Source: an uncultured delta proteobacterium (GTDB lineage Bacteria > Myxococcota_A > Polyangia > Haliangiales > Haliangiaceae). From it: 64,000 bases of DNA. The notes below the pieces were generated by a model. The model saw nothing but the letters and a program-made list of their open reading frames with translations. It did no database searches and had not been told where the DNA came from. The DNA lies in contig CAVUQH010000003.1 of assembly GCA_963743525.1 (NCBI GenBank), positions 864,001 through 928,000 of the forward strand, in the 5' to 3' direction. Of this stretch, positions 33,462 through 43,162 are shown piece after piece (within the stretch, counting starts at the first letter, position 1; every line of letters starts with the position of its first letter). The translations under genes were made by a program, and so were the position numbers.

Positions 33462-34027
33462 CTATCGCTCGATCGCGCGGCGCAGGAGGTCGGGTGCCGG
33501 CGCGTTGGAGCCGCGGCGCTCGCGCTCGACCGCCCACATGTACAGGCAGGTGTAGTAGGCGGCGCGGCACATCGACGCGGTGGTGATGAAGAACAGCATC
33601 GCCGCGGTGAATCCGCCGTAGGAAATCCACACGCCGAGGGACGGTGCGAGCCTGGCCACGCCGAGGCCGAGGACGAACAACGCGCCGCCGGCGAGGCAGG
33701 TGATCAGCCCGGGGGCGAGACGCACGCCGCTGTCGCCGGCCGAGGCGGGCAGGAAGTTGCCGCGGTGCAGCTTGCGCACGCGCGGCTGATCGTGCCGATG
33801 AGCGACAGCGCAGGCACCAGCAGCGACAGGCAGGTCAGCGCCATCGGCAGACCGAACCGGGCGTAACCGGCGATGGCGGCGGCGCCGAGGACGGCAACCA
33901 CCGCGACCCGGAGCAGCATGCCGACGGCTGCCGGCGCCAGCAGCGTTCGCCGGGCCCAGACCATGCGATAGACCCCGCGCATGAAACGCCAGCTGGCGCG
34001 CAAGGTGAAGAGGCGTTCGGCTCCCAT
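33462..34027 (-). pseudogene. Disrupted membrane protein, possibly DUF6159-like (frameshift/deletion near 33780)
   Basis: Hydrophobic N-terminal half in ORF 33704..34036 and C-terminal half (YYTCLY) in ORF 33462..34046. Confidence 0.4.
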
Positions 34028-34148
34028 CGCGGTCACTCCCGATCATACGCGTGAGCTGTCAGGGAGATCCATGAGCCTTGCCCACCCCCGGTCGCGGAGC
34101 CAATCCCGGGCGGCCCGACGCGAGGCCGAGCCGACCGGGAAGCCCGAC

Positions 34149-36098
34149 TCACTGGGCCGAGAACGCGGCCTTCATGGCGTTGGTGAACACCGACTTGGCG
34201 TCCATCTGCCCGTTGAGCATCAGCATCGCGATCACGCCGTTGTCGCAGCTGACCAGGACGGTGCTCAGCTGTGCGCCGCCGTTCATGTTGCCGGGGAAGA
34301 AGCCGCCCTTGCCGTAGCACTTGGTGCCGTCGGCGTAGGTGCCGTAGTCACCGAAGCCCAGACCGTCGGTCTTCAGCTCGGCGATCACGCTGCTCGGCAG
34401 AAGGACGTTGCCGAACGTCGCGGCGGCGAAGTCGGCCAGCTCGTGGATCGAGTTGTGGCCGCCCGCGCTGCCCGGCTTCAGCGTCCAGTCACCGTAGTAG
34501 GTGCCGTGGGCGCCGCCCGGCGGGTTGGGGTAGAACAGCGTCGGCGCCGAGCCAGTGGGCTTGTACTTCACGTTGTAGATGCCAATCGGCGAGAAGATCT
34601 CGTCGTTGACGTAGTTGATGAAGCGCGCGGCGCTGCCGTCGCCGTTGGTCTGCCAGTCGGTGAAGCCGTCGAGGCTGGCCACCAGCACCCGCAACAGCGC
34701 GTAGTTGATGTTGGCGTAGCTGGGGACCTTGTCCGCCATGGAGATCTCGTGCTCCATCAGCGTCTTCACGTTGGCGTAGTAGTAGTCGCCGCCACCGTCG
34801 GCGTTGCGCAGACCGCTGGAGTGATTGAGCACCTCGGCGAACGTGATGGTCTTGTTGTTGGCCGGAATGTTCCAGTACGACGGCAGGAAGGTCCAGATCG
34901 GCGTGTTCACGTCGATGCCCTTCTGGTGCAAGAGCTGCAGCGCCGCCACTGCGGTGATGGTCTTGGACACGCTGGCCGGGTTGAACCGGTCGTAGACGGA
35001 GAAGTTGGTCTCCGGCAGGTCGGCGCTGGTGCGCCCCGGACCTTCGGCATGTTGCTTCACCGTCAGGCCGCGGCGAATCTCGTAGCCCCACTTGGTGATG
35101 ACGCCCGAGACCTGGTTGTCGATGTCGGTCGCCATGTCCGACAGGTGAAAGCACTGGCCGTTGCGGCAGTAGTCGCCGGTCTTGGCATTCGGCTCGGCCA
35201 CCCAGATCGCCGCGTAGCGCGCCGTGCCCGCCAGCGAGTAGCCGTCCACCTGCGTCAGCCGGTAGCCCTGCAGCTGGTGGTCGGTGAACTCGTGCTGATA
35301 ACCACCCGCGGTCATGCCGTGCCGCGCGAGCAGGGTGCGACCCGAGCTCTTCTCCCAGATCGCCGCGTAGCGGTCGCTGGTGCCGACCCGGTAGCCGCTC
35401 ACGTGCGTCAGCCGATAGCCCAGCCGCGCGTAGTAGTTGAAGTAGCTCTGATAGGTCGACGACGACATCCCGTGACGGGCGGCCCACGCCGGCCCGCTGG
35501 TGCCGTAGGTCCAGATCGCGGCGTAGTAGTCGACGCCGCCGATGCCGTAGCCCTGGACCCAGGTCAGCCGATAGCCGCGCGACGTCCAGTAGTTGAACTG
35601 CGACTGATAGCTCGAGCTGGTCATGCCGTGGCGCGCGACCCACGCCGGCCCGCTGCTCTTCTCCCAGATCGCCGCGTACCGGGCCGAGCCGCCCTGGTCG
35701 TAGCCGTCGATCACGGTGAGCCGGTAGCCCTGACCGACCCAGTAGTTGAACTGGCTCTGGTACTGCGACGACGTCATGCCGTGGCGGGCCACCCAGGCCG
35801 GTCCCGACTTCTTTTCCCACAGCGCGGCAAACTGCACCGCGCCGTTGACGTCGTATCCACTTACGTCGGTCAGTCGATATCCCTTCCCCACCCAGTAGTT
35901 GAACTGGCTCTGGTACTCCGACGCCGACATCCCGTGCCGCGCCACCCATGGCGCCGGCAACAAACTGATCGTCGGGAGACCCGAAATGACGAGTGACTCC
36001 TGGCTCTCACTTTCGGTGCCGGGCTCACCCTCGTCAACCACACAACCCACCAGCGCGGCCGCCGTCACGGCGGCAAACACAAACGAACGGATCCTCAC
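34149..36098 (-). CDS. Serine hydrolase (beta-lactamase-like) with five N-terminal BTRD1/polyglycine-hydrolase-like repeats, lipoprotein
   Basis: Five repeats of about 50 aa (xxARHGM...YQ...GYRL...Y/FAA.W); ASVSK (SxxK), LNHSSGL, YAN; AAGGAG RBS; lipobox LVGC. Confidence 0.85.
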   Translation of the reverse strand: MRIRSFVFAAVTAAALVGCVVDEGEPGTESESQESLVISGLPTISLLPAPWVARHGMSASEYQSQFNYWVGKGYRLTDVSGYDVNGAVQFAALWEKKSGPAWVARHGMTSSQYQSQFNYWVGQGYRLTVIDGYDQGGSARYAAIWEKSSGPAWVARHGMTSSSYQSQFNYWTSRGYRLTWVQGYGIGGVDYYAAIWTYGTSGPAWAARHGMSSSTYQSYFNYYARLGYRLTHVSGYRVGTSDRYAAIWEKSSGRTLLARHGMTAGGYQHEFTDHQLQGYRLTQVDGYSLAGTARYAAIWVAEPNAKTGDYCRNGQCFHLSDMATDIDNQVSGVITKWGYEIRRGLTVKQHAEGPGRTSADLPETNFSVYDRFNPASVSKTITAVAALQLLHQKGIDVNTPIWTFLPSYWNIPANNKTITFAEVLNHSSGLRNADGGGDYYYANVKTLMEHEISMADKVPSYANINYALLRVLVASLDGFTDWQTNGDGSAARFINYVNDEIFSPIGIYNVKYKPTGSAPTLFYPNPPGGAHGTYYGDWTLKPGSAGGHNSIHELADFAAATFGNVLLPSSVIAELKTDGLGFGDYGTYADGTKCYGKGGFFPGNMNGGAQLSTVLVSCDNGVIAMLMLNGQMDAKSVFTNAMKAAFSAQ

Positions 36099-36249
36099 GT
36101 GCGTAGCTCCTTTGCTCGGCCGTCCTTCGGCCATTCGTGCCGAGAGAGGGCCGCGAGCGAAAACGTGACGCCCCGCGGGCCGGAAAAATATGATTAATTT
36201 CAGATGGCTAGGATGCTTCGCATGAGCGTCGCATCGCCGGCCTGTCCGC

Positions 36250-36942
36250 TTACGGCGCGTGCGGCTCGCGCCACTGCAGCGTTGCCAGTACTGCGTCGAA
36301 CACAGGCGCCCACTTGTCCACGAGGGGCTGCTCGATGCGGTACGTCGCGCGGAACACGCCGTTCGGCAGCTCGACGTAGTAGCTCTGCACGAGCGACCGT
36401 ACCGTTGCGGCGGGATGGGTTCCCTCGTCGGGGCCGCCGGCCACCATGTGTCTGGGGACCTGTTCCACCAGCTCGGCGCACCAGAGCGTTGCGGGTTTTC
36501 CCGCGAGAAGCTGTTTGCTCTCGCTGGGCTCGGTGACGGTGGACTGATCAGACGTCAGTGCCTTGGTGAAGTCGGCTGCTCCCTGGATGGCATCCATGCC
36601 CAGCTGGAGGGTTGCTCCGCTGACACCGCGCGGCGCGATCACCAGGATCGCCTGCTGGGGCGAGAGCTCCTGCAGTTGGTCTTCGAGCTCGGGCGGTACC
36701 TGCAGCTCTATCGGTGTCGCGAGGTGCGTACCAGTAACGGTGCGCCAGGTGGTATCGGGTTGTATGGGGCTCACGGGCTGCCTCCGCAAACGCGTGCCAC
36801 ACGTCATCTCTTTCGGGAGATGCTTGTTGGCTTCCTCGTGGGATCGGTCGTCGGTCTGGGGATGCCCTTTTGAGCAGGCCGTGCCCAGTGTGCCGCCGCC
36901 GATGACGAGGGCGAGGATGGTTGATCGGAGCAAAGAGCTCAT
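36250..36942 (-). CDS. Hypothetical lipoprotein
   Basis: Lipobox GTAC; start overlaps the upstream stop (ATGA); lower GC. Confidence 0.65.
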   Translation of the reverse strand: MSSLLRSTILALVIGGGTLGTACSKGHPQTDDRSHEEANKHLPKEMTCGTRLRRQPVSPIQPDTTWRTVTGTHLATPIELQVPPELEDQLQELSPQQAILVIAPRGVSGATLQLGMDAIQGAADFTKALTSDQSTVTEPSESKQLLAGKPATLWCAELVEQVPRHMVAGGPDEGTHPAATVRSLVQSYYVELPNGVFRATYRIEQPLVDKWAPVFDAVLATLQWREPHAP

Positions 36943-37745
36943 GACTTCAGCAGGGCGATCAGGTCGTCAGTGTTGTACTCGATCGCGAAACCCAGGTGAC
37001 CCGACTTGATCGACGTCCAGAAATCACCAAACGGTCGGAGATCGGCGTGGCCCGCCAGGAAACTCTTGGCCTTCTGGCCCATGTTGAGCGCCTGGGCCCG
37101 AACCAGCAAGGATTCGCCGATGAACGTGTACATGAGGAAGTTTCGCGCCTCCTCGTAGTCACCCGTGTCGAACGCACCGTCAACAAAGCCGAGTTGAGCC
37201 AGGCGCTCGTACCCCAGCGTTGGGTGGTTGGAGGTAATCAGCAAGCGGACTTGAGGGTTCCCGCGGATGGACTGCTTTTCGTTGGCATCGAGGCCATTCC
37301 ACGTGTCTTCGAGCTTGGATTGCTTGGACTCGATTGCGCGAAGGAAGTTGTCGATCTTGGGATCGTTCGTCGCGTTGGCGCTGTCGGGATGGTTGTGGTT
37401 GTCGATCTGGCTCTTGAGCGTCGCGTTGTTCTGGTATGCGGCAGCGATGTTTGCGTACGCAGAGCTGCTAAATAGATGGTTCTTGATCGCCAGCGCTCTG
37501 GCATTGGTGGCGCTGATGGTCACCGACGCCCCTCCAATGGTCAGCGCCTTCGTGAGCGGTGATGTGGGCCGACTCGGTCGCGGGCTCGCTGGACGCCGAC
37601 TCCGCCTTCCGCTGGATTGCACCGCCGTACCGTCTGAGTGATGGAACGCGACTGTTCGCATGCGGGTTGCCCGAGTAGCGGTTGGCGGTTGGCGAACTGC
37701 CACGGGCGCCGCTGGGCTCGGCGGGGACGCTGTGCGGAGCCTCAT
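36939..37745 (-). CDS. Hypothetical protein, possible toxin/effector domain; 5' region probably disrupted
   Basis: The C-terminal ~200 aa look protein-like; an IQRK...AHE segment lies in an overlapping frame. Confidence 0.5.
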   Translation of the reverse strand: MRLRTASPPSPAAPVAVRQPPTATRATRMRTVAFHHSDGTAVQSSGRRSRRPASPRPSRPTSPLTKALTIGGASVTISATNARALAIKNHLFSSSAYANIAAAYQNNATLKSQIDNHNHPDSANATNDPKIDNFLRAIESKQSKLEDTWNGLDANEKQSIRGNPQVRLLITSNHPTLGYERLAQLGFVDGAFDTGDYEEARNFLMYTFIGESLLVRAQALNMGQKAKSFLAGHADLRPFGDFWTSIKSGHLGFAIEYNTDDLIALLKS

Positions 37746-38045
37746 TTGCGGGTGTCTCTTTCCCCTCGTCCTTCACCACCAACCTCGTTGCCCGCCGCAG
37801 AGGGCGACTCACACACTACTCATCCCGGGGGCTTGCAGTCCACGAACCCCGGGGATTCCAGGAGCTCAGATGCGACGCATCCGGCGCGGGAGCGGCCGGC
37901 CCTGAGCTGGCCAGAACGGGCGTATAGGCCACCTCCGGGGGCGATCCTGGGGATCTTCGCGCACGGCCGCGACCCTGGCATAATCGGGGGCCATGCCCGG
38001 GACCCAGAGCGGTGAGGCCACGCGCGGCCCCACGGAGTGTGGTGC

Positions 38046-39572
38046 GTGAACGCCAAGGTCAACGACGCGTTGATCGGCAAAGTCATCGCCGACCGCTACC
38101 GGGTGACGCGGCTGATCGGCCAGGGTGGAATGGGCGCGGTCTACGAGGTTGCGCACACGCGGATCCGCAAGCGGTTCGCGATGAAGACGCTGGCGGCGCA
38201 CCTGTCCGGTGACGAGGACGCGCTGGCGCGGTTCCGTCGCGAGGCCGACATCATCGCGACGCTGAATCACCCGAACATCGTCAACATCGTCAACTGGGAC
38301 GTTCTCGATGACGGCTCGCCGTGCATGATCATGGAGCGGCTCGAGGGCGAGAGCCTGGCTGGCCGCCTGCGCCGGGATGGCGCCATGTCCTGGTCGGAGA
38401 TCGGCGCGATCGCAGATCCGGTGCTGGCGGCGCTGTCGGTGGCGCACCAGGCGGGCGTGGTGCACCGGGACCTCAAGCCGCAGAACATCTTCCTCGCGCG
38501 CGACGGCAGCGGCGCCGAGACGCCCAAGCTGCTCGACTTCGGCGTGTCGAAGATGCGCGACTCGCAGTCGTTCGTGACCACCGACGAGCGAATGCTGGGC
38601 ACGCCCGCGTATATGTCGCCGGAGCAGGCGCAGGGGATTCAGGCCGACGTCGGCCCGTCGACTGACGTCTGGGCGATGGGCGCCATCTTGTTCGAGATGG
38701 TCACCGGGGAGTGCGCGTTCGTCGGCGCCAGCGTGCCGTCGATCCTCTATCACATCTGTCACGGCGAGCCGCGGAAGGTCACCGACCTCCGGCCCGACAC
38801 GCCCGGTGCCGTGGCGTCGCTGCTCGAGCGGACGCTGTCGCACAACGGCTACGAGCGGGTGACCGAGTGCGACGTTCTTCGCGCGGAGCTTCGCTCGGCG
38901 CTCGAGGGCGTTGCGGACTTGCCGGTGGTCACGCGCAAGCGGGCCATCTCCGAGGCCGCGCTGGCGGCAACCGCGCCGCGCCTGGCGATGGCGCCGACCA
39001 CGCTGGGCTCGTCGAGCGGCGAGTCGATCGCGGTGCCGAAGGAGGAGGACCCGCCCGAGCGCCGTTCGCGCTGGCCGTTGCCGCTGGTCGGGTTGGGCGT
39101 GCTGGCCGGGGTGGTGCTGTTGGCCGTGCGCATGCTCGGCTCGGGCAGCCGGTCGCCGGATTCGACGGCGGCGGTCGCGACGCCGACCGACGCCTCGACC
39201 GTGTCGCTGGCGGCACCGCCGGATGCGGCAGCCATCGCCGAGCAGGTGAGCCCGGCCGACGCCGCGCCGCCGGCCCAGGTGACGATCACGCTGGAGAGCG
39301 TGCCGTCGAAGGCGTGGGTCGTCAACAGCGACGGCAAGCGCCTGGGCCGAACGCCGTACCGGGTGGTCATGGCGCAGGGGTCGGAGCGGGCGCTCCGCCT
39401 CGAACGCACCGGCTATCACCACGAGAGCGTGACCCTTCGCGGCGATCGCGATCACACCGAGCGGGTGGATCTGTCGCGCAAGCGGGGCAATAGCGTGCGC
39501 ACCGAGCCCCACGAGGAGAAGAACGTGCGCGGCAAGCCGTCCAATCCGTTCGCCAACAAGGGCGACAATTGA
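38046..39572 (+). CDS. Membrane Ser/Thr protein kinase with PEGA domain
   Basis: GQGGMGAVY, HRDLKPQN, DFG, GTPAYMSPE; TM helix; SVPSKAWV...LGRTP. Confidence 0.92.
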   Translation: MNAKVNDALIGKVIADRYRVTRLIGQGGMGAVYEVAHTRIRKRFAMKTLAAHLSGDEDALARFRREADIIATLNHPNIVNIVNWDVLDDGSPCMIMERLEGESLAGRLRRDGAMSWSEIGAIADPVLAALSVAHQAGVVHRDLKPQNIFLARDGSGAETPKLLDFGVSKMRDSQSFVTTDERMLGTPAYMSPEQAQGIQADVGPSTDVWAMGAILFEMVTGECAFVGASVPSILYHICHGEPRKVTDLRPDTPGAVASLLERTLSHNGYERVTECDVLRAELRSALEGVADLPVVTRKRAISEAALAATAPRLAMAPTTLGSSSGESIAVPKEEDPPERRSRWPLPLVGLGVLAGVVLLAVRMLGSGSRSPDSTAAVATPTDASTVSLAAPPDAAAIAEQVSPADAAPPAQVTITLESVPSKAWVVNSDGKRLGRTPYRVVMAQGSERALRLERTGYHHESVTLRGDRDHTERVDLSRKRGNSVRTEPHEEKNVRGKPSNPFANKGDN

Positions 39573-40432
39573 TGCGGCCGCTGCTGGTGCTCGCGCTGCT
39601 GCTCTGCTGGGCCGCGCCCGCGGCGGCGCAGTCGCGCGACGAGGTGCGCGCGGCCGAAGGGCACTACAAGCAGGCCGAGGCGTTCTTTGCCGCCAAGGAA
39701 TTCGACAAGGCCTATGCCGAGTTCAAGGCGGCCTACGAGCTGGCGGCCGAGCCGCTGCTGTTGTTCAACATGGGCCTGTGCGATCGGGCGCTCGGCCGCA
39801 AGCAGGCGGCGCTCGACCACTTCAAGCAGTACGTCGAGGCCCAACCGCGCGGCGAGCGAGTGGCCGAGGCCAGCGACTACATCGTCGCGCTGACCAAGGC
39901 GCTCGAGCAGGATGCCGCCCGCGCCGAGGCGCAGCGCAAGGCGGACGAGGCCGCGCGCGCGCAGCGCCAGCGCGAGGAGGCCGAGCGCCAGCGCCAGGCC
40001 GAAGAGCAGCGTCGCCAGGAAGCTGAGAAGCAGCGCCAGGCCGAGGCCGCGCGGCGCGACGCAGAGGCTCGCGCAGCCCGGCGGCGCCGGGGCAAGCTCG
40101 TGCGCATCGCCGGCCTGGCGACCGCCGCGGTTGGTGTGGTGGGGCTCGGCATGGGCGGCAAGTACGCCGTCAACGCGCGCAGCATCGACCACGAGCTGTC
40201 AACGCATCAGGGCGCGTGGACCGACGCGCAGCTCGATCGCGCCGCCGACGGCAAGGCCGCCAACACTCGCACGATCATCGCGGCGGGTATCGGCGGCGCG
40301 CTGGTCATCGGTGGCGCCGTGCTCTACTGGCAGGGCTGGCGGATGGGCCGCGAGGCGCGACCGACCGCCGTGTCGCTGGCGCCGGCGGTGACGCCAGGTT
40401 GGACCGGGTTGACGGTCTCCGGATGTTTCTGA
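39572..40432 (+). CDS. TPR protein with coiled coil and C-terminal membrane segments (myxobacterial kinase-operon type)
   Basis: Signal peptide, TPR FKAAYEL...LLFNMG, C-terminal TMs ending in ...GxF. Confidence 0.8.
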   Translation: MRPLLVLALLLCWAAPAAAQSRDEVRAAEGHYKQAEAFFAAKEFDKAYAEFKAAYELAAEPLLLFNMGLCDRALGRKQAALDHFKQYVEAQPRGERVAEASDYIVALTKALEQDAARAEAQRKADEAARAQRQREEAERQRQAEEQRRQEAEKQRQAEAARRDAEARAARRRRGKLVRIAGLATAAVGVVGLGMGGKYAVNARSIDHELSTHQGAWTDAQLDRAADGKAANTRTIIAAGIGGALVIGGAVLYWQGWRMGREARPTAVSLAPAVTPGWTGLTVSGCF

Positions 40433-41574
40433 AGCTGCACTGCGCGGCGCTGGCGCTGGTCGCCACCGCCTGTTTCAATCCCGACTACCCGGCGGGGCAG
40501 GCGTGCTCGGAGAGCTTGCGCTGTCCCGACGGCCAGGTCTGCGAACCCAACGGCGAGTGCCTGCCGCCCGCGCCGAGCACCGGCGGCGACCCGCTGATCA
40601 TCCCGATCATCCCCGGCGGCCTGGTGGTCTCCGGCAGCACCATCGTCGTCGGCGGACGCGGCGACGGCGGGCTGAAGTTCTTCACCGTCGACGCCGACGG
40701 CAAGGGCACCAGCCAATTCGCGTCCACCGACATCGACGATTACCCCAGCGACTTCTTCATGTTCGTCAACGGCACCGATGTCCTGATGCTGTATCACTCG
40801 AAGCCGGACATGTGGTTCACCCGCGTGACCATGCAGGGCAACGTCACCGTCGCGCCCAAGAAGCTGTTCGAGTTCGGCGAGTACGGTGGGTGGTCGGGGG
40901 CAGCGCTCGACAGCGGGTACGGCATCGCCTGGTCGTCGGTCACCGATTCGGCCACCGACTACGCCGAGATCGACGGCCAGGGCGCACTGACCCTGGCGCC
41001 CCGCCAGCTGCTCGCCGAATCCTCGCCGGTCAGCTTCGGGCTGGTCGACCTGAGGCGGACCGCCTCTGGCGACGAGCTGGTGGTTCGCTCCAACGGCGCG
41101 CCCGAGCTGTTGCGACTGGCGTCCGACAAGACCCTCGCGTCCAACAACGAGCTGGGATTGACCGGGTATCAGGGCGACACCGCAATGGACGGCGACCAGG
41201 TCCTCATGGCGCTGGGCGACACCTACGAGAACCTCGGCAACCCGCTGGTCCTGGCCCGGATCGGCGCCGACGACAGCATCATCAAGAAAGCCATTCCCCT
41301 TCCCAGCGACGGCGGCGTCAACTATCCCGACGTAGCCTGGACCGGCACCGAGCTGGGCGTCGCCTTCACCTTCGACCGCTACGACGACACCGCCCCGGAG
41401 CTGTGGTTCGCCCGCTTCGACTCCAACCTCGATCCGATCGGGGATCCGATCATGCTCGCCAACACCCACTTCGTGCTTCGCGACGTGACCTGGGTGCCGG
41501 GGCGCTCGGCCTACGCGATCCTCGGCGATCGCGAAGAGGACTCGGCGCTGTTCCTCATCCCGGTCTCGAACTAG
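40423..41574 (+). CDS. Lipoprotein with Cys-rich N-terminal module and beta-rich domain
   Basis: ATACFNPDY...CPDGQVC; VAWTG..LGVA repeat-like motif. Confidence 0.7.
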   Translation: MFLKLHCAALALVATACFNPDYPAGQACSESLRCPDGQVCEPNGECLPPAPSTGGDPLIIPIIPGGLVVSGSTIVVGGRGDGGLKFFTVDADGKGTSQFASTDIDDYPSDFFMFVNGTDVLMLYHSKPDMWFTRVTMQGNVTVAPKKLFEFGEYGGWSGAALDSGYGIAWSSVTDSATDYAEIDGQGALTLAPRQLLAESSPVSFGLVDLRRTASGDELVVRSNGAPELLRLASDKTLASNNELGLTGYQGDTAMDGDQVLMALGDTYENLGNPLVLARIGADDSIIKKAIPLPSDGGVNYPDVAWTGTELGVAFTFDRYDDTAPELWFARFDSNLDPIGDPIMLANTHFVLRDVTWVPGRSAYAILGDREEDSALFLIPVSN

Positions 41575-41583
41575 GAGGTCGCC

Positions 41584-42264
41584 GTGAAGCTCATCGTTTG
41601 CCTCGCCTTGCTCAGCGCCGCGGCCTGCAACCACGACCGCGCGCAACCAAAGGAGCAGCTGGAAGCGGCCGAGCCCCGCAAAGCCCCGGCCGCGGACCCG
41701 TCGCCGACCGATCGGGTCGCGATCGCGATCGCTGCCGATGGCGCGCTGACCGTCCAGGGCGCGGCGGCGCCGTCGATGGACGCCGTGGACGCCGCGGTTC
41801 GGGCAGTGGTCAACGCCACCGGTCGAGCCTCGTGCGACATCGATGCCGCCCCGGCGGTTCCGTACGCGAAGACCCTGGCGCTCGCCGACCGATGCCACGC
41901 CGCGGGCGCCCACGCCTTGACCATCAGCGGGGTGCCGATCGAGCTGCCGAGAGCCGCGGCCGTCGCGGACGACGTCAGGCCGATCGCCGTGGTCTCGATC
42001 GCCGCCGACGGCACGATCGTCGTCGGCAACGGCGTGGTCTCCGACGCAGAGCTCGGTCCGCGCCTGCGCCAGGTCATCGCCGAGCACGGCGACCGTCTCG
42101 TGGTGCTACCGGACAATCAGCTCGCCACCGGCCGCGTCGTCACCGTGTGGAAGGCGGTGCTCGCCGCCGGGCTCCCGGCCATCCGCATGATGGCCGTCCC
42201 CAAACCGGTCGAGCCGCCGCAGATGGCGCCGCCGAAACCGGTCCCGCTGCCGCAGAAGAAGTAA
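41584..42264 (+). CDS. Lipoprotein with two ExbD/TolR-like domains
   Basis: Two IAADG...D/AxxPY or GRVV...AG repeats; GGAGG RBS. Confidence 0.6.
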   Translation: MKLIVCLALLSAAACNHDRAQPKEQLEAAEPRKAPAADPSPTDRVAIAIAADGALTVQGAAAPSMDAVDAAVRAVVNATGRASCDIDAAPAVPYAKTLALADRCHAAGAHALTISGVPIELPRAAAVADDVRPIAVVSIAADGTIVVGNGVVSDAELGPRLRQVIAEHGDRLVVLPDNQLATGRVVTVWKAVLAAGLPAIRMMAVPKPVEPPQMAPPKPVPLPQKK

Positions 42265-42328
42265 CGACGCGCCGGTCCGGCCGGTTAGCTGGTTGGGTTC
42301 ACCACAGACGGACGCGCCCTCGCTGCGC

Positions 42329-42403
42329 GGGCGCTCGGAATACGCGATCCTCGGCGACCGAGAAGAAGACTCGGCGCTGTTCCTGATCCCGGTCTCGAAC
42401 CAG
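42329..42403 (+). repeat. Diverged direct repeat of the last 75 bp of gene 40423..41574 (41500-41574)
   Basis: 68/75 identical by manual alignment; both encode GRSxYAILGDREEDSALFLIPVSN. Confidence 0.9.
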
Positions 42404-42440
42404 GTAGCCGCCGGTTCTCGCGCGGCGCTAGAATGGCGTC

Positions 42441-43130
42441 TTGATCGACGAGCTGGTCCGACGGATGTCCCCGCCGCTGTTTGCTCGCCAGGTTGCTGGC
42501 ACCTTCCGCAATGGCGGCGGCGATCGCGCCACGGTTCACGAGGGAGACCTGAGGGTTGCCGGACCCTGGTCACCACCGGCGTCGCCGTTCATCGTCACCG
42601 GAGACTTGCTGGTCGATGGATCGCTGATCACGTGCGCCGCCGACCGCGACGCCGACCTGTTGGTCGCGATGGGCGCGGTGCGCTGTCGCGATCTCATGGC
42701 GGTCCCCGAGTCGACGACGTTCTGCGGCGGGCCGCTCGAGGTCGAGGGACTGCTGTTCGCCGCCGCCCGCGACGTCATCGTTCACGCGTACGGCCCACTG
42801 CGCGCCCGCTACTTGATCAGCGGCGCGGGGACGGGGTGGCTGTCGAGCTTCCACGACGACGTCTCGGTCGATGGCTATTTCGACTACTTTGCCGACGGCC
42901 GCACCACCAAGGCTCACGCCGCCATGCAGACGCAACCCCGGGTCGACCTTCGCCAAGAGGTCGTCCCCGAGTTGCTCGATCTCTCGGAGTGGGAGTGCAT
43001 GAGCGAAGAAGAGCGCGCGGCCGAGCTCGAGAGCGGCGAGACCCCGTTCAGTTACGCCAGCTTCGACGAGAGGGGCGCGGAGCGGCGCTTTCGTGCCGGC
43101 GAGGCGCTGATCCCGACGAACGCCGCGTGA
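42441..43130 (+). CDS. Hypothetical protein with beta-helix-like xxGxLxV repeats
   Basis: EGDLRV, TGDLLV, MGAVRC, GGPLEV, YGPLRA periodicity. Confidence 0.55.
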   Translation: MIDELVRRMSPPLFARQVAGTFRNGGGDRATVHEGDLRVAGPWSPPASPFIVTGDLLVDGSLITCAADRDADLLVAMGAVRCRDLMAVPESTTFCGGPLEVEGLLFAAARDVIVHAYGPLRARYLISGAGTGWLSSFHDDVSVDGYFDYFADGRTTKAHAAMQTQPRVDLRQEVVPELLDLSEWECMSEEERAAELESGETPFSYASFDERGAERRFRAGEALIPTNAA

Positions 43131-43162
43131 AATAGTCCCCCGCCGTCGCGCGTTGGGGAAAC

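Noticed and set aside
42258..42291. Integron attC site (TAAC...GTTAG)
   Set aside because: About 34 bp is too short, R-box complementarity is poor, there are no similar sites after neighbouring genes, and there is no integrase.
41500..42403. Diversity-generating retroelement VR/TR pair
   Set aside because: Three of seven mismatches are not at adenines, most are synonymous, and there is no reverse transcriptase in the window.
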